Positions 39,492 to 49,500 of a DNA stretch of 64,000 bases are shown here, piece after piece (the first letter of the stretch is position 1; every line of letters begins with the position of its first letter). Under the pieces are notes generated by a model that saw only the letters and a program-made list of their open reading frames with translations, did no database searches and was not told where the DNA came from. Source of the DNA: a bacterium. Its GTDB lineage: Bacteria; UBA8248. The position numbers and the translations under genes are program-made. The stretch covers positions 3,008,001 through 3,072,000 of the forward strand of contig CBDBZU010000004.1 in NCBI GenBank assembly GCA_965213625.1, written 5' to 3'.

Positions 39492-40328
39492 CTATTTCCG
39501 CAGTCGAACCGACTTGAAGCCCTGCGCCGCCTTCGGCACGGCATCCTCCACCGGAAAACGCTCGGCGGAGGAGCCGCCCACGTAGCCATCGAAGCGGCTC
39601 TCCAAGTCGAGGAGTCTCTCGAAGTCAGCGGGTGTCTCTATCGCGCCCCCATGACAGGTGAATATTCTCTCTTCATATTTCGGCAAAAGCGCGTCGAAGA
39701 TGGCTGCCGCCCGCTGTGCAGCCTGTTCCAGCGGCATCACCGTTTTTGAACCAATGGAGCCGCCTGAACTGTTCCCGAAGTGGATGATAATGTTGTCCAC
39801 ACCTGCTTCGGCCATGGCGAGGGCTTCAATCGGCGTTGTCGTGAAAGCCTTGGTGAACAGGCCTTTGCGGCTCGCGTATCCCAGCACGTCGACTTCTTTT
39901 GTGAAACCCATGCCGGTTTCTTCTAAATCTTTTCTGAAATTCCCGTCAATAAGAGCGACCGTAGGACAATTCATTACCCCGTGGAAGCCCACCGCATCGA
40001 TTTTGTCCACAAACCTGAACATGTTCCTCGTTGGATCCGCGCCCAGAAGACCCGCGATGACCGGGCATTCCCGAACCACGTTCAAGATGGATCGCTCGCC
40101 CAGTTCGAGCGTAATGGCGTTCGCGTCTCCGATGGGCAGATACCCCGCCATCGAGCTCAGACCCTGCATCCGGTAGTATGCGAGATTGAATGTAGTGACA
40201 AGGTCCGCTCCGCCGCGCGCAGCGAATTTCGCCGTGATGCCGCTTCCGCAAAGCGCGTCGTAAACGGCGCGTCCAGCGTCCCTCTCCGCATTCAAGCGAG
40301 CCACGATTTCATCCCGAGATAAGCTCAT
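39492..40328 (-). CDS. TIM-barrel PEP-hydrolase family protein (UPF0261-associated)
   Basis: GSGITAK, GDAN, NCPTVALIDG.FR..LEETGMG, CHGG, GGSSAER.PVE. Confidence 0.88.
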   Translation of the reverse strand: MSLSRDEIVARLNAERDAGRAVYDALCGSGITAKFAARGGADLVTTFNLAYYRMQGLSSMAGYLPIGDANAITLELGERSILNVVRECPVIAGLLGADPTRNMFRFVDKIDAVGFHGVMNCPTVALIDGNFRKDLEETGMGFTKEVDVLGYASRKGLFTKAFTTTPIEALAMAEAGVDNIIIHFGNSSGGSIGSKTVMPLEQAAQRAAAIFDALLPKYEERIFTCHGGAIETPADFERLLDLESRFDGYVGGSSAERFPVEDAVPKAAQGFKSVRLRK

Positions 40329-40540
40329 GACGATGTTACCCTCCAAATATCAATGATTTGCCTCTCATTTTCGAGAGGATACTCAATATAACAGCACATA
40401 AGCGCTTATGGAAAAGCGGTTAGTGTGCGCAAAAAACATTTTTCACTTGATACGATGCCAGTCTTTGTGTGAAAATAGGGTATTGAAAAGGCAGGCGATG
40501 TATCGCCTTAAAAATCATATTGTTCCAAGGATAAGTTCCA

Positions 40541-40598
40541 GTGGTCCCGTCCGCCCGAGCCGCTCCGCCCCTTAGTGGGTGGAGCGGCACGGGGCCAC
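40541..40598. other. Strong bulged stem-loop in an intergenic region (terminator-like or structured RNA)
   Basis: GTGGTCCCGT/ACGGGGCCAC lower stem, 8-nt bulge, GCCGCTCCGCCC/GGGTGGAGCGGC upper stem, 6-nt loop; no U-tract. Confidence 0.5.
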
Positions 40599-40662
40599 GC
40601 AAGTCCATAGAATCGAACGATTCAATCCTTCTGAGCAAAATCGAATAGATTGTCTGGAATCT

Positions 40663-42795
40663 TCAGGTCCTGTCCGCCAGGAACGCCTCGGCTACAAATA
40701 TCCCTCCCAACACGAGGAAAAGAAGCGCGCCCAAGTCGATGAGCCTCAAGATTGAATCCAGCGGGTCCGAGTCGTTCGCAGGCAAATCGCGCACGTCGAG
40801 TTTCTCGAGTTTTTCCTTGAAGGTGCTCATCTCCACGGGGGAGATGTTCACTTCCGAGGCGGGCGCGTTCACAGCCACGAAATGTTTTTCATCGGGCGTG
40901 AGAACACGGTAATACCCTGCGCGATATGCGTCCCGGTAATAGGCGACTGCGGCGCCGCTTCCTGTTTTGCCCAGCCTGAGACTATCGGCAGGTGCTGCTT
41001 CGGAGTCCGGTGTTTTTTCCATAAATTGAATCGCGCGCTCTTCCTGATCAGGCCCGCGTATCTGAATCGCTTCCCCCACCCGCAGAATGGGCGCCCTGAT
41101 TTCAAACGTGTCGCCAGCATTCGCGGATGAAGACACTCCTTTTCGGGTGCCGCCGAGAAAGTCCGAAACGCCCCGCATGAAGGGGACGAAAACGGGCCGC
41201 ACGGCGAGGTCCGTCCAGTCCCGATCGCATGTGGAGCCCCACACCATCACCTGTCCCGAACCCACCGTGCCGACCACCAGGGCGGGGGCGCCGTCTGGAA
41301 GCTCCAGCAAGGTCCGTCCACCTCTCGCAGGTTCAAGCGGCGTGACCCGCGCCAGACGCAAAGCGGAGAAAAACCGCCCGCCGTTCGCCCCCAGCAAAGA
41401 GAAGGCCGGGTGTGCTTCTTCTCCCTGTGCGATCTTGAGGCTTTGTGACGGGCGCAGCGTTTCGGGTTCTCCCGGCGTGGCCGGCATCCAACCGGGTCCA
41501 GCGGATTTTTCACTCGACAACTCGCCGGTGGCCCAGAAAAGCCCGCCGCCTTTTTCAACGAAATTCCTAAGCCCCTGCTTTCCCTGCTCGGGCCAACGAC
41601 CCAGGTTGCAGGCGATGACGAAGTCGTACTCCTCCCATGGCACGTTGTTTAGTTCATAAGACGCCACGACGCGCGTCAGCACAGGGGATTCTCCGCCCAA
41701 CGGGGCGGCGCTCAGGGCGTTGACGATGAAAAACGTCTCACTGTCCTGGAGTCCGCGCTTCGGGTCCCCGTCGATGACCAGCGCACGCAGGCGCTTCCCG
41801 ATACCCGCCGCGAAGTAGAACCGATTCGTCGCCGAGAGGTTGTCCTCCGGCAACTCGAGGCGTCCGTAGAGTACGCCCTTTTCAGGCGCGTTCACCCGAA
41901 AACTCAGTGGACTCGCTCCATTCGGCTCAAGGTCCACTTCTATCGTTTCCTGTAATTCTTCGCCCACGTACAACTGCACGGGCACTTTGGATTTCTTCTC
42001 CTCACCCCGGTTGAAGACACGCGCGCCGATGGTGAAGGAAAAACCCGCCTTGGGAGGCCACGGCTTCATCTTCACGCCCTGAAGACTCAGATCTTCCACC
42101 CCCGCTTCGGGGGCCACACGAACCAATTGAAGATGCACGTGCGGGTTCCATTGCTTTAGATTCCGAATCTGAAACGATTCCCAATCGCCCCGGGCGAAAT
42201 CGCTGAAAACGACGATGTTCCTCCGCCCCGCCTTGGGCGATGCGCTCTCGAGCGCATGCTGGACGATTCGGCCTGGCGCACCCATACCGTCGGTCTGGTG
42301 GACGCGCTCCAGGGCCGCGAGCGCATCCTCGCGCTTCAATTTCTTGAGTGTCGCGGCGGTCGATTCTCCGACGGTCGTCATGATGCTCATGCGATCCGCA
42401 TCGGACATGTCCTCGATCATCCGCCTCACGGCGCGACTGGCCACGTCGAATCGACTGCCCTTTTCCGTTGAAAACGCCATACTCGCCGAATTATCGATCA
42501 CGGCGACGGTGTGAACGGGAAACCATCCGACACCCGCTACGCCGCCTTCGGTCTCAAGGAGAGGGCGCGACGCCAGGAAGATGATGATCCCCACGGCGCA
42601 TACCCGCAGAAACAAGAGTATCCAGTTTCTGAGCCTGCTGCGGTTCGTGATGCGGCGTTGCGTTCTGAGTAAAAACTCGAAAGTGGGAAGCCGATGCCTG
42701 CGGACAAGGCGCCTCCTCAGCAGATGGATCAGGATGGGAAGAAAGACGAGTCCCATCCCCCAGAGAAGCGCTGCGTGTAAAAACTGGAAATTCAA
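40663..42795 (-). CDS. BatA-domain/vWA membrane protein with Ig-like and GATase-like domains
   Basis: LPILIHLL BatA motif, DNSASM MIDAS, FSDF, DNLSATN, FVEKGGGL, C-terminal TM. Confidence 0.85.
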   Translation of the reverse strand: MNFQFLHAALLWGMGLVFLPILIHLLRRRLVRRHRLPTFEFLLRTQRRITNRSRLRNWILLFLRVCAVGIIIFLASRPLLETEGGVAGVGWFPVHTVAVIDNSASMAFSTEKGSRFDVASRAVRRMIEDMSDADRMSIMTTVGESTAATLKKLKREDALAALERVHQTDGMGAPGRIVQHALESASPKAGRRNIVVFSDFARGDWESFQIRNLKQWNPHVHLQLVRVAPEAGVEDLSLQGVKMKPWPPKAGFSFTIGARVFNRGEEKKSKVPVQLYVGEELQETIEVDLEPNGASPLSFRVNAPEKGVLYGRLELPEDNLSATNRFYFAAGIGKRLRALVIDGDPKRGLQDSETFFIVNALSAAPLGGESPVLTRVVASYELNNVPWEEYDFVIACNLGRWPEQGKQGLRNFVEKGGGLFWATGELSSEKSAGPGWMPATPGEPETLRPSQSLKIAQGEEAHPAFSLLGANGGRFFSALRLARVTPLEPARGGRTLLELPDGAPALVVGTVGSGQVMVWGSTCDRDWTDLAVRPVFVPFMRGVSDFLGGTRKGVSSSANAGDTFEIRAPILRVGEAIQIRGPDQEERAIQFMEKTPDSEAAPADSLRLGKTGSGAAVAYYRDAYRAGYYRVLTPDEKHFVAVNAPASEVNISPVEMSTFKEKLEKLDVRDLPANDSDPLDSILRLIDLGALLFLVLGGIFVAEAFLADRT

Positions 42796-42819
42796 GACCC
42801 CTTCCCCCCAAACACCTCT

Positions 42820-43713
42820 CTACACCTTCGAGCGGCTGCGCCACGCCAGAAAGCGGATGAGGCCCCTGTCCAGCGGCTCCGCCGTCGAGACGAGATGATA
42901 GTCTACGCCCAGGTCCGCGCACCGCTCGCGCGTTTGCTCGAGAAATTCTTCCAACAGGCCGAGATAGGGCCTCTTCACCACCTCGCATTCCACGGTGATG
43001 TTCCTGTCCGTCTCGACGTCGTCCATCCTGGCGAGTCCTTCGAAGGGAAACTCGAGCTCCACGCTGTCGAGAATATGGAATACGATGACGTCGTTTCCCT
43101 TGAGACAAAGCAGTTTGAGCGATTTTTCCACAGCTTCGGGGTCATCGAGCAAATCGGAAACGATGACGACGAGCTCCCTTCTCTTCAAGCGCTCCGCCAG
43201 GGCAAGCATCGAACGGGCGATTCCCGTACCCCCGCCGGGCGATGCCGCCTGAAGACCCGCCAACAGGGTCAGCAGATGCTTTCTGATGGATTTGGGCGGA
43301 ACCTGCGTATCTTCGTCCTCACGGGAGACCACCAGGCCCACCGAATCGGACTGGCCCAGCAGCAAATGCGCCATCGCCGAGGAGAGTGTGGCCGCATACG
43401 CCCATTTGCTCAGGGAGCCGTCGCCGAAATCCATCGAGGCGCTGGCGTCGATAACGAGATGCGCATATAGGTTCGTCTCGTCCTCATATTGCTTCACAAG
43501 ATAGCGATCGAATTTACCGTACGCCTTCCAGTCGATGTGCCGGAGTTCGTCGCCCGGGCAGTACGCCCTGTGTTCCTCGAAATCGACGCTGAAACCCCGC
43601 GAGCGGCTCCTGTGCACGCCGCTCATCAACCCCTCGACCACGTGGCGGGCGCGCAACTGGAGGTTGGACAATCTTGAGATGACGAGAGGGTCGAAATACA
43701 GATCCGTGTTCAA
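42820..43713 (-). CDS. DUF58 domain protein
   Basis: GVHRS, F.EHR.Y.PGDELRHIDWK, VKQYEDE, DASASM, SDL. Confidence 0.92.
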   Translation of the reverse strand: MNTDLYFDPLVISRLSNLQLRARHVVEGLMSGVHRSRSRGFSVDFEEHRAYCPGDELRHIDWKAYGKFDRYLVKQYEDETNLYAHLVIDASASMDFGDGSLSKWAYAATLSSAMAHLLLGQSDSVGLVVSREDEDTQVPPKSIRKHLLTLLAGLQAASPGGGTGIARSMLALAERLKRRELVVIVSDLLDDPEAVEKSLKLLCLKGNDVIVFHILDSVELEFPFEGLARMDDVETDRNITVECEVVKRPYLGLLEEFLEQTRERCADLGVDYHLVSTAEPLDRGLIRFLAWRSRSKV

Positions 43714-43736
43714 ACCGATTCCCTTTGAGCAGGCGT

Positions 43737-44789
43737 TTACGCGGCTTCCGTGGCCTCCACCGGGGGCACGATGACATCGAGCAGTTGTCGTATCAGGGAT
43801 ACGGAGTCGTGGCCTTCCGCCTGACCGCGAAAGTTCACCAGAATCCGGTGGCGAAGAACGGGCTCAGCCAGCGCCCGTACGTCCTCGATGGTGGCGGCGT
43901 AACGTCCCCGTAGCAGCGCCCGCGCCCGCGCTCCCAGAATCAGATACTGGCTCGCCCTCGGGCCTGCGCCCCACTCCACGTAATTGCGAACGAAATCGGG
44001 AGCGCTTTCATCGTCGGGGCGGGATGCGCGCGCGAGCGAGACCGCGTATTCCACCACGTAGGGAGCCGCCGGCACGCGGCGCACCAGTTCCTGAAACGCC
44101 AGAATCTGCTCGTTGTCCAAAATTTCTTCGAGCTTGGGGTCGTAGTTCGAGGTCGTCTGCGCGACGATTTCCTTCTCCTCCGCCAGACTCGGGTATGACA
44201 CCCCGATCTCGAACATGAACCTGTCCAACTGCGCTTCGGGCAGCGGGTAAGTGCCTTCCTGCTCCACGGGGTTCTGGGTCGCGAGAACGAAAAACGGCGG
44301 GTTCAGATAGTGCGCCTGTCCACCGGCCGTCACGTGCAATTCCTGCATGGCCTGGAGCAGAGCCGCCTGTGTTTTTGGCGATGTGCGGTTGATCTCATCC
44401 GCCAGCAGTATCTGCGTGAAGATGGGCCCGCGAATAAAGCGGAACGAGCGCCTCCCCTCCATGGTGTCGTCCAGTATGTCCGTACCCGTGATGTCCGACG
44501 GCATCAGATCGGGCGTGAACTGGATGCGGTTGAAGTCGAGCTGCAGCACGCGGGCCAGGGTGCGAATGAGCAAGGTTTTCGCCAGGCCCGGCACGCCGAC
44601 CAGCAGACAGTGGCCCTTCGAGAGCAGGGCTATCAGAACAAGATCGATAACCTCCGCCTGACCGACGATGATCTTGTGCACCTGCTCGAGAATGGCGTCG
44701 CGCTTCACGCCTATCTCGCGCGCTATCTCCACATCCACCTCGTTCATGCCCGTCTCTTCGTTTCCCACACTACTCGTTACGTCGTCCAT
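43737..44789 (-). CDS. moxR: MoxR-family AAA+ ATPase
   Basis: [47 protein letters not shown]. Confidence 0.95.
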   Translation of the reverse strand: MDDVTSSVGNEETGMNEVDVEIAREIGVKRDAILEQVHKIIVGQAEVIDLVLIALLSKGHCLLVGVPGLAKTLLIRTLARVLQLDFNRIQFTPDLMPSDITGTDILDDTMEGRRSFRFIRGPIFTQILLADEINRTSPKTQAALLQAMQELHVTAGGQAHYLNPPFFVLATQNPVEQEGTYPLPEAQLDRFMFEIGVSYPSLAEEKEIVAQTTSNYDPKLEEILDNEQILAFQELVRRVPAAPYVVEYAVSLARASRPDDESAPDFVRNYVEWGAGPRASQYLILGARARALLRGRYAATIEDVRALAEPVLRHRILVNFRGQAEGHDSVSLIRQLLDVIVPPVEATEAA

Positions 44790-44810
44790 TCGTATCGCCT
44801 CTCGATGGGA

Positions 44811-46532
44811 TCAACGGGTAGACATGAGGCGAAGGGCTTCACGCTCCCGTTTCGCCTTTTCCGCCTCGCCCGTTCTTTCGTAATGCGCCAGCAGGCGCTC
44901 ATGAACCACTCGAATGAAGGGATTGATCTCCAGCACTTCCTCCCACGCCCTGAGGGCACGCCCGGGCTTTCCGCCCATCTCGCTCGCCAGCGCCCGATGC
45001 ACGTGCGTCATCGCGTAATCAGGGTCCACCTCCAGCGCCTTTTTAATGTGGCGCTCCGCCTGGGGAATCATGCCCAGATGAATCTCGATCTGGGCCGCGC
45101 GGTTGAGCAGGGGCTGGGAGTGCGGCTCATCGCGCAGGGCGCGGCGGTACTCAATGAGCGCCGCCCGCATTCTTCCCCGGAACGAGAGCCTGTCGCCCAG
45201 CCGCATGCGCCTTCTGGCCACAGCGCTCTTGAGCGCCGCCAGATCGATCGATCTCTCGCTCATCGGCCCTTTGGGCTTGAGTTTCGGCAGGGTAACCTGC
45301 GAGCCCGCATGCTTGCGTAGGGGGAGTTTCTTAAGGTCCTCAATCCAGAGTCTTTCGAACCCGCCCAGATCGACTCCGGCGAGGAGGCGAAGCCCGGACT
45401 CGGCGCTCTGGGGCGGACCGGTGGATTCGAGTTCGACGAGGCTCGCCCGCCTTTTGTGACGCATGCCGGGATTCTCCTCCCCGAGCGCCGGCGCGCCTTG
45501 CGACCTTTGCGCAGGCGGACCGTTGCGAATGCCCGACAGCAGGCGAACGAGCGCATTCTCACCCATTTTGCGCTGGATGAAATCTACGGCCGAAGCCGCC
45601 TCCGCATAGGCCAGATGCACCTCCTGCGGGGTATCGAGATAGATGAGGCTCGGCTCCATTTTCTTGAAGGGGACATAGTTGTTCGTCTGTCTCGCATTGA
45701 ACAGCAAGGCCTCCTCGCCCGGGTGGAGAAAACCGGTTTCCTCGCCTCGCCATTTTTTCTCCATATACTTGGCGATTCCCTCGTGCAGCCAGATGGGCGC
45801 GCGGTTCTTCGTCGCCAGCACGATGAGATAGTGGACGTACTCGTGCGCCGCGGTGTCGAGCCAGCGGTAGCCCCGAAGGAGCGCGCCAGGGGATAAAAAC
45901 ATCACCTTGTTGAACTTGCAGACCCCGACTGCGCCCTTCTCCTCGATGTCGCGCCTCGAGAGCGTGGATGAGCGATGAAAACGGACCGTGTCCGAAAACA
46001 ACTCCACGCGAATCCGTTGCGCGGGCCGCACGCCCAAAATTTCGCCATAGCGCGTATAGGCCTTCTCCAGCGCATCGCCCAGATAAGGCAGCAATACGGC
46101 GTCTTCCCCCGGCTCGTACCAGATGTCGAAATGCTCCGTTTTATACGCCTGGAACCCCTTGAGCGCCGTTTGAGTCTGGCGTACGTGGAGTCTCAGTTCG
46201 AGCCATTCGCCATCACCGGGTTTTTTCTTGAGCGCCGCGTTGAGGTTGGCGAGCGACTCAGAATATTTGCCTTCGAGATAATCCGCAGCCCCCGAGAGCG
46301 CCCGCCATTCTCCCAAACCGGGAGATTTGGCCGCTAGCGATGCGATCTTCTTCCTCGCGGCTGTGAGATTCCACGCCCGAAGTTCATCCACCACGGCGCG
46401 ATAGCCATCGGGCCGCTCCACGGCCTGGGAGAGAGGCACCGCGCGGTTGACGGTATGCGCCCATGAAGTCGGGGCGAACGCCACCGCCAAAAGAACACAA
46501 ACGCATATAGAAAGAAATTTTCTCGCCATCAC
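44811..46532 (-). CDS. Secreted TPR protein with a peptidase MA (gluzincin-like) domain
   Basis: Signal peptide, HEYVH...WLHEGIA zinc motif, TPR-like repeats on both sides. Confidence 0.82.
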   Translation of the reverse strand: MMARKFLSICVCVLLAVAFAPTSWAHTVNRAVPLSQAVERPDGYRAVVDELRAWNLTAARKKIASLAAKSPGLGEWRALSGAADYLEGKYSESLANLNAALKKKPGDGEWLELRLHVRQTQTALKGFQAYKTEHFDIWYEPGEDAVLLPYLGDALEKAYTRYGEILGVRPAQRIRVELFSDTVRFHRSSTLSRRDIEEKGAVGVCKFNKVMFLSPGALLRGYRWLDTAAHEYVHYLIVLATKNRAPIWLHEGIAKYMEKKWRGEETGFLHPGEEALLFNARQTNNYVPFKKMEPSLIYLDTPQEVHLAYAEAASAVDFIQRKMGENALVRLLSGIRNGPPAQRSQGAPALGEENPGMRHKRRASLVELESTGPPQSAESGLRLLAGVDLGGFERLWIEDLKKLPLRKHAGSQVTLPKLKPKGPMSERSIDLAALKSAVARRRMRLGDRLSFRGRMRAALIEYRRALRDEPHSQPLLNRAAQIEIHLGMIPQAERHIKKALEVDPDYAMTHVHRALASEMGGKPGRALRAWEEVLEINPFIRVVHERLLAHYERTGEAEKAKREREALRLMSTR

Positions 46533-49500
46533 TTGGTCAGCCTGTCAAAATAATCTTCGATTTCGCCGCGCATCCCCTTCGGGAGGCCTTCCTTCATCGC
46601 TTCCATAATCTCTTCCCGGTACTTTGCGGGCACCTTGTATTGCTCCCGGTCAGGGATGAGAACCTCGCTGAACTGGGTGCCGAGATTGCCGTCCTCCTCC
46701 CTGCCTCGCTGGTTCGAACCGCGCGGCTGGGGAAAATTCGGGTTCCGCGACCACCAGGGCCTCTGCCCGCCCCGGCCCGGCCCCAAGGCGCCGAACCCCC
46801 TGGGCGTGCCCAGACCCACGTTGCCCCGCTGGGCCATCTGCTGCATGGCCTGCTGCATGGAGTTCTGCCCTTGGGCAAGCTTGCGTATCGCCTCCTCCTC
46901 AGGGGGCACCGCACGGGAAGAACTACGCTTCGCCAAAGAAGCGGTGGCCTCTTCCATCGCTTTTCCAGCCTCGCTGATTCTATGCAGAATGCTGGGGTTG
47001 ATGAAGGGGTACACCTGCATCATCTGACGCAAGTTCCGCTCGAAATCCCCCAACTTCTTGCGCAGGATATCCTGCCTGTCGCGCAAGCCGTCGAGCTTGG
47101 CGATTTCCGTGCCGCCTGCGTCTTTTTCAGATTTATCCAGGAGCCCTTCAAGATTCTTGACCAGCCCTTTCCAGGGCGCGGCTTCGGCTACTTCCGCGGA
47201 CTTCGACGCTCCCTTCTCCAATGACGCGGCGCCTGAATCTTTCGAACCCTTATCCTCTACCAACGCGTCCGCCTTGTTGCTCGCCACGCTGTCGTCAACT
47301 TGTTTTTTCGCTGTTTGCGCGGGAGCGACGCAGGGCGATTCGGCAATCGTCGCCGCCCATTCCGGCAATCGCTGGAAGATGATTCCCCACTCTCCCCGCT
47401 TGATCATGGTGTCGAACTCAGAGAGCGCCCGCACCTTCTCGCGCTGAATTTTTTCCGCGCGCGCCTGGGGAGAGAGTTTCTTCTTTGCGGGCGGGCCCAG
47501 CATCGAAATCTCAGGCTCTGCAGGCCCGGTTTTCTTCTCGGGCTCGGCCCCCACGAAACAATCGGTTGGGAGCGGCTTTGCGACAAAATCGCTTTTTTCC
47601 TTCCAATACGCCCGCGTGTTTTGCGAAACGTCGGTTATTTCTTCGGGCCACTTCTTCTTGAGGCGGTCCACCACGTTCTCCAGCACGCCCACCGTCTCGC
47701 CAAGTATGGCTTGCTGCTTCTCCACGATTTTGGCCAGTTCACTCTGCTGACGCCTGATGGGTCTGCCCCCGCGCTGGCTCATCATCTGCCGGCGCTGCAT
47801 CCCGCGCAGCGCCATGCGCATTCTCTGCAGCTGGCTCATCAGGCGTCTGAGTTGTTCCAGCGCACCCTGGAAATTGTTCTGGCGCATCATCTCGCGAATC
47901 CGCTCGAAGGAACGCATCATGTCCTGCATGGGCATCTCGCGCATACTGCGCTGATTCATGAACTCAGCAGGCATGCGCTGGGCCAGCGAAGCCATCTGCT
48001 GCATCAGCTCACCCAGCTGCTCCCTGAGTTTCCTCAACTCCTTCTCCACCCGCCGGAGCGCTTCTTGATCCGCGCCCATACTGCGCATCTTCTCCAGCGC
48101 CTGCTCGATAGACCTTTGCCTTTGAATCATCGATTCCGTCGTGCGGCCAGCCCTGTCCACCCGGATGTTGCGCTGTATCTCCTCGCTCATCGTAGCGAGG
48201 CGCTCCAGCGTTTCCGTCGCCTCCTCTTGCCGGGCGGCAATCTCGCGGTTCAGCCTTTCTCGTTCTTTTTTCGCATTCTCCCCCAATTTCGACAGCCGAG
48301 AGAGGGGGTTCAGGTATTGCGAAATCGCATTCCGCAGTTGCCGCTCGAGATTAGATAAATCCATGTCGGAGAGCGTCTCGCGCGGATTCTTGGGCCTGAG
48401 CATTGCCCTGGTTCGCTTGATACGCTCCAGAATTTTTGTGGCCCTCGCCTCGATGGCACCGCTTTTTCCCGCAAGTTTCCCGGGTTCTTTCGCCTCTTTC
48501 GTACTTTCTTCCGGCGGAAGGTCCTTCTCCAGGTAATCACCCAGCAAGTCGAGGAGTTCGTTTGATATTTCGCCCAGGTTCCTGTCCAACCCGGCCATCA
48601 CGGCTTCCCTGTCGCGAATGCTGATACGGTAGATTTTGCTCGTACCGACTTTGGGGCCGCTCACCGTATCCACGTCGGGCGCGACGAAACGATAGGAGAG
48701 AACTCCCCCCGGCCGTATGCCCATAGCGCTGAGCTCGAACTCGTAGCGGCCAAGTACATCTTTCTGGGGCTTCTCGCCGCTCCACACCTTGATTCTCCTC
48801 GGACGGCCGCTCCCGAGCCTGACTTCGAGATACACGTTCCTGACGCCGAAATCATCGGACGCGCGGTACTTAACGGTCACCCGCTCGTCGGCCTCCACCG
48901 TGAGGTCCTTGTCCGGGTGGGTAACCATCACATCGGGATAGGCATCAGGGATAATATCGATCTGGTATCGCTGGGGCGCCAGATTCGAAAAGCCGTGCGC
49001 ATCCTTCAGGCGAACCTGATAGGAACCCGCGCCGCCCAGGATCATCTTGCCATTCAGCGAATCGCCGCTTTCCGAAGGGTTGAGCGGCAATCGCCAGCCG
49101 TCGGCCAACGCAATGAGCGCCTCCTGTACCGGCTTGTTCGTCTTCACGGCCAATTGAACTTCGGACCCCATATAGGCCCGGATGTGGCCTCCCTTTTTCC
49201 CACCGCCGGGTTTTAAGTTCGTGTATTCCGGCGGATACTGTACAACTTCTATGGATTCCACCTTCGGCGGGGCGACCACGCGAACCTCGATCGTCCGGGA
49301 ACGGAACCTGCCCGTACGCGCCGTGATGCGCGCACCAGATCCCGCAGCAAGCCAACGGGCGCGAAAATGGTGAGGAGCCACTTTCTCCATGGCGATGCTC
49401 GCCTTGGATTCGGCGCTTTGGCGCACTTCCAGCTCCACGGAATCCGTCTCACGCCCCCTTGTTCTGACTTCGAGCGTCGTAGGCATCCCGGGAAGCAGCG

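Noticed and set aside
40541-40598. SRP RNA or tRNA
   Set aside because: No SRP helix-8 motif and no cloverleaf or T-loop.
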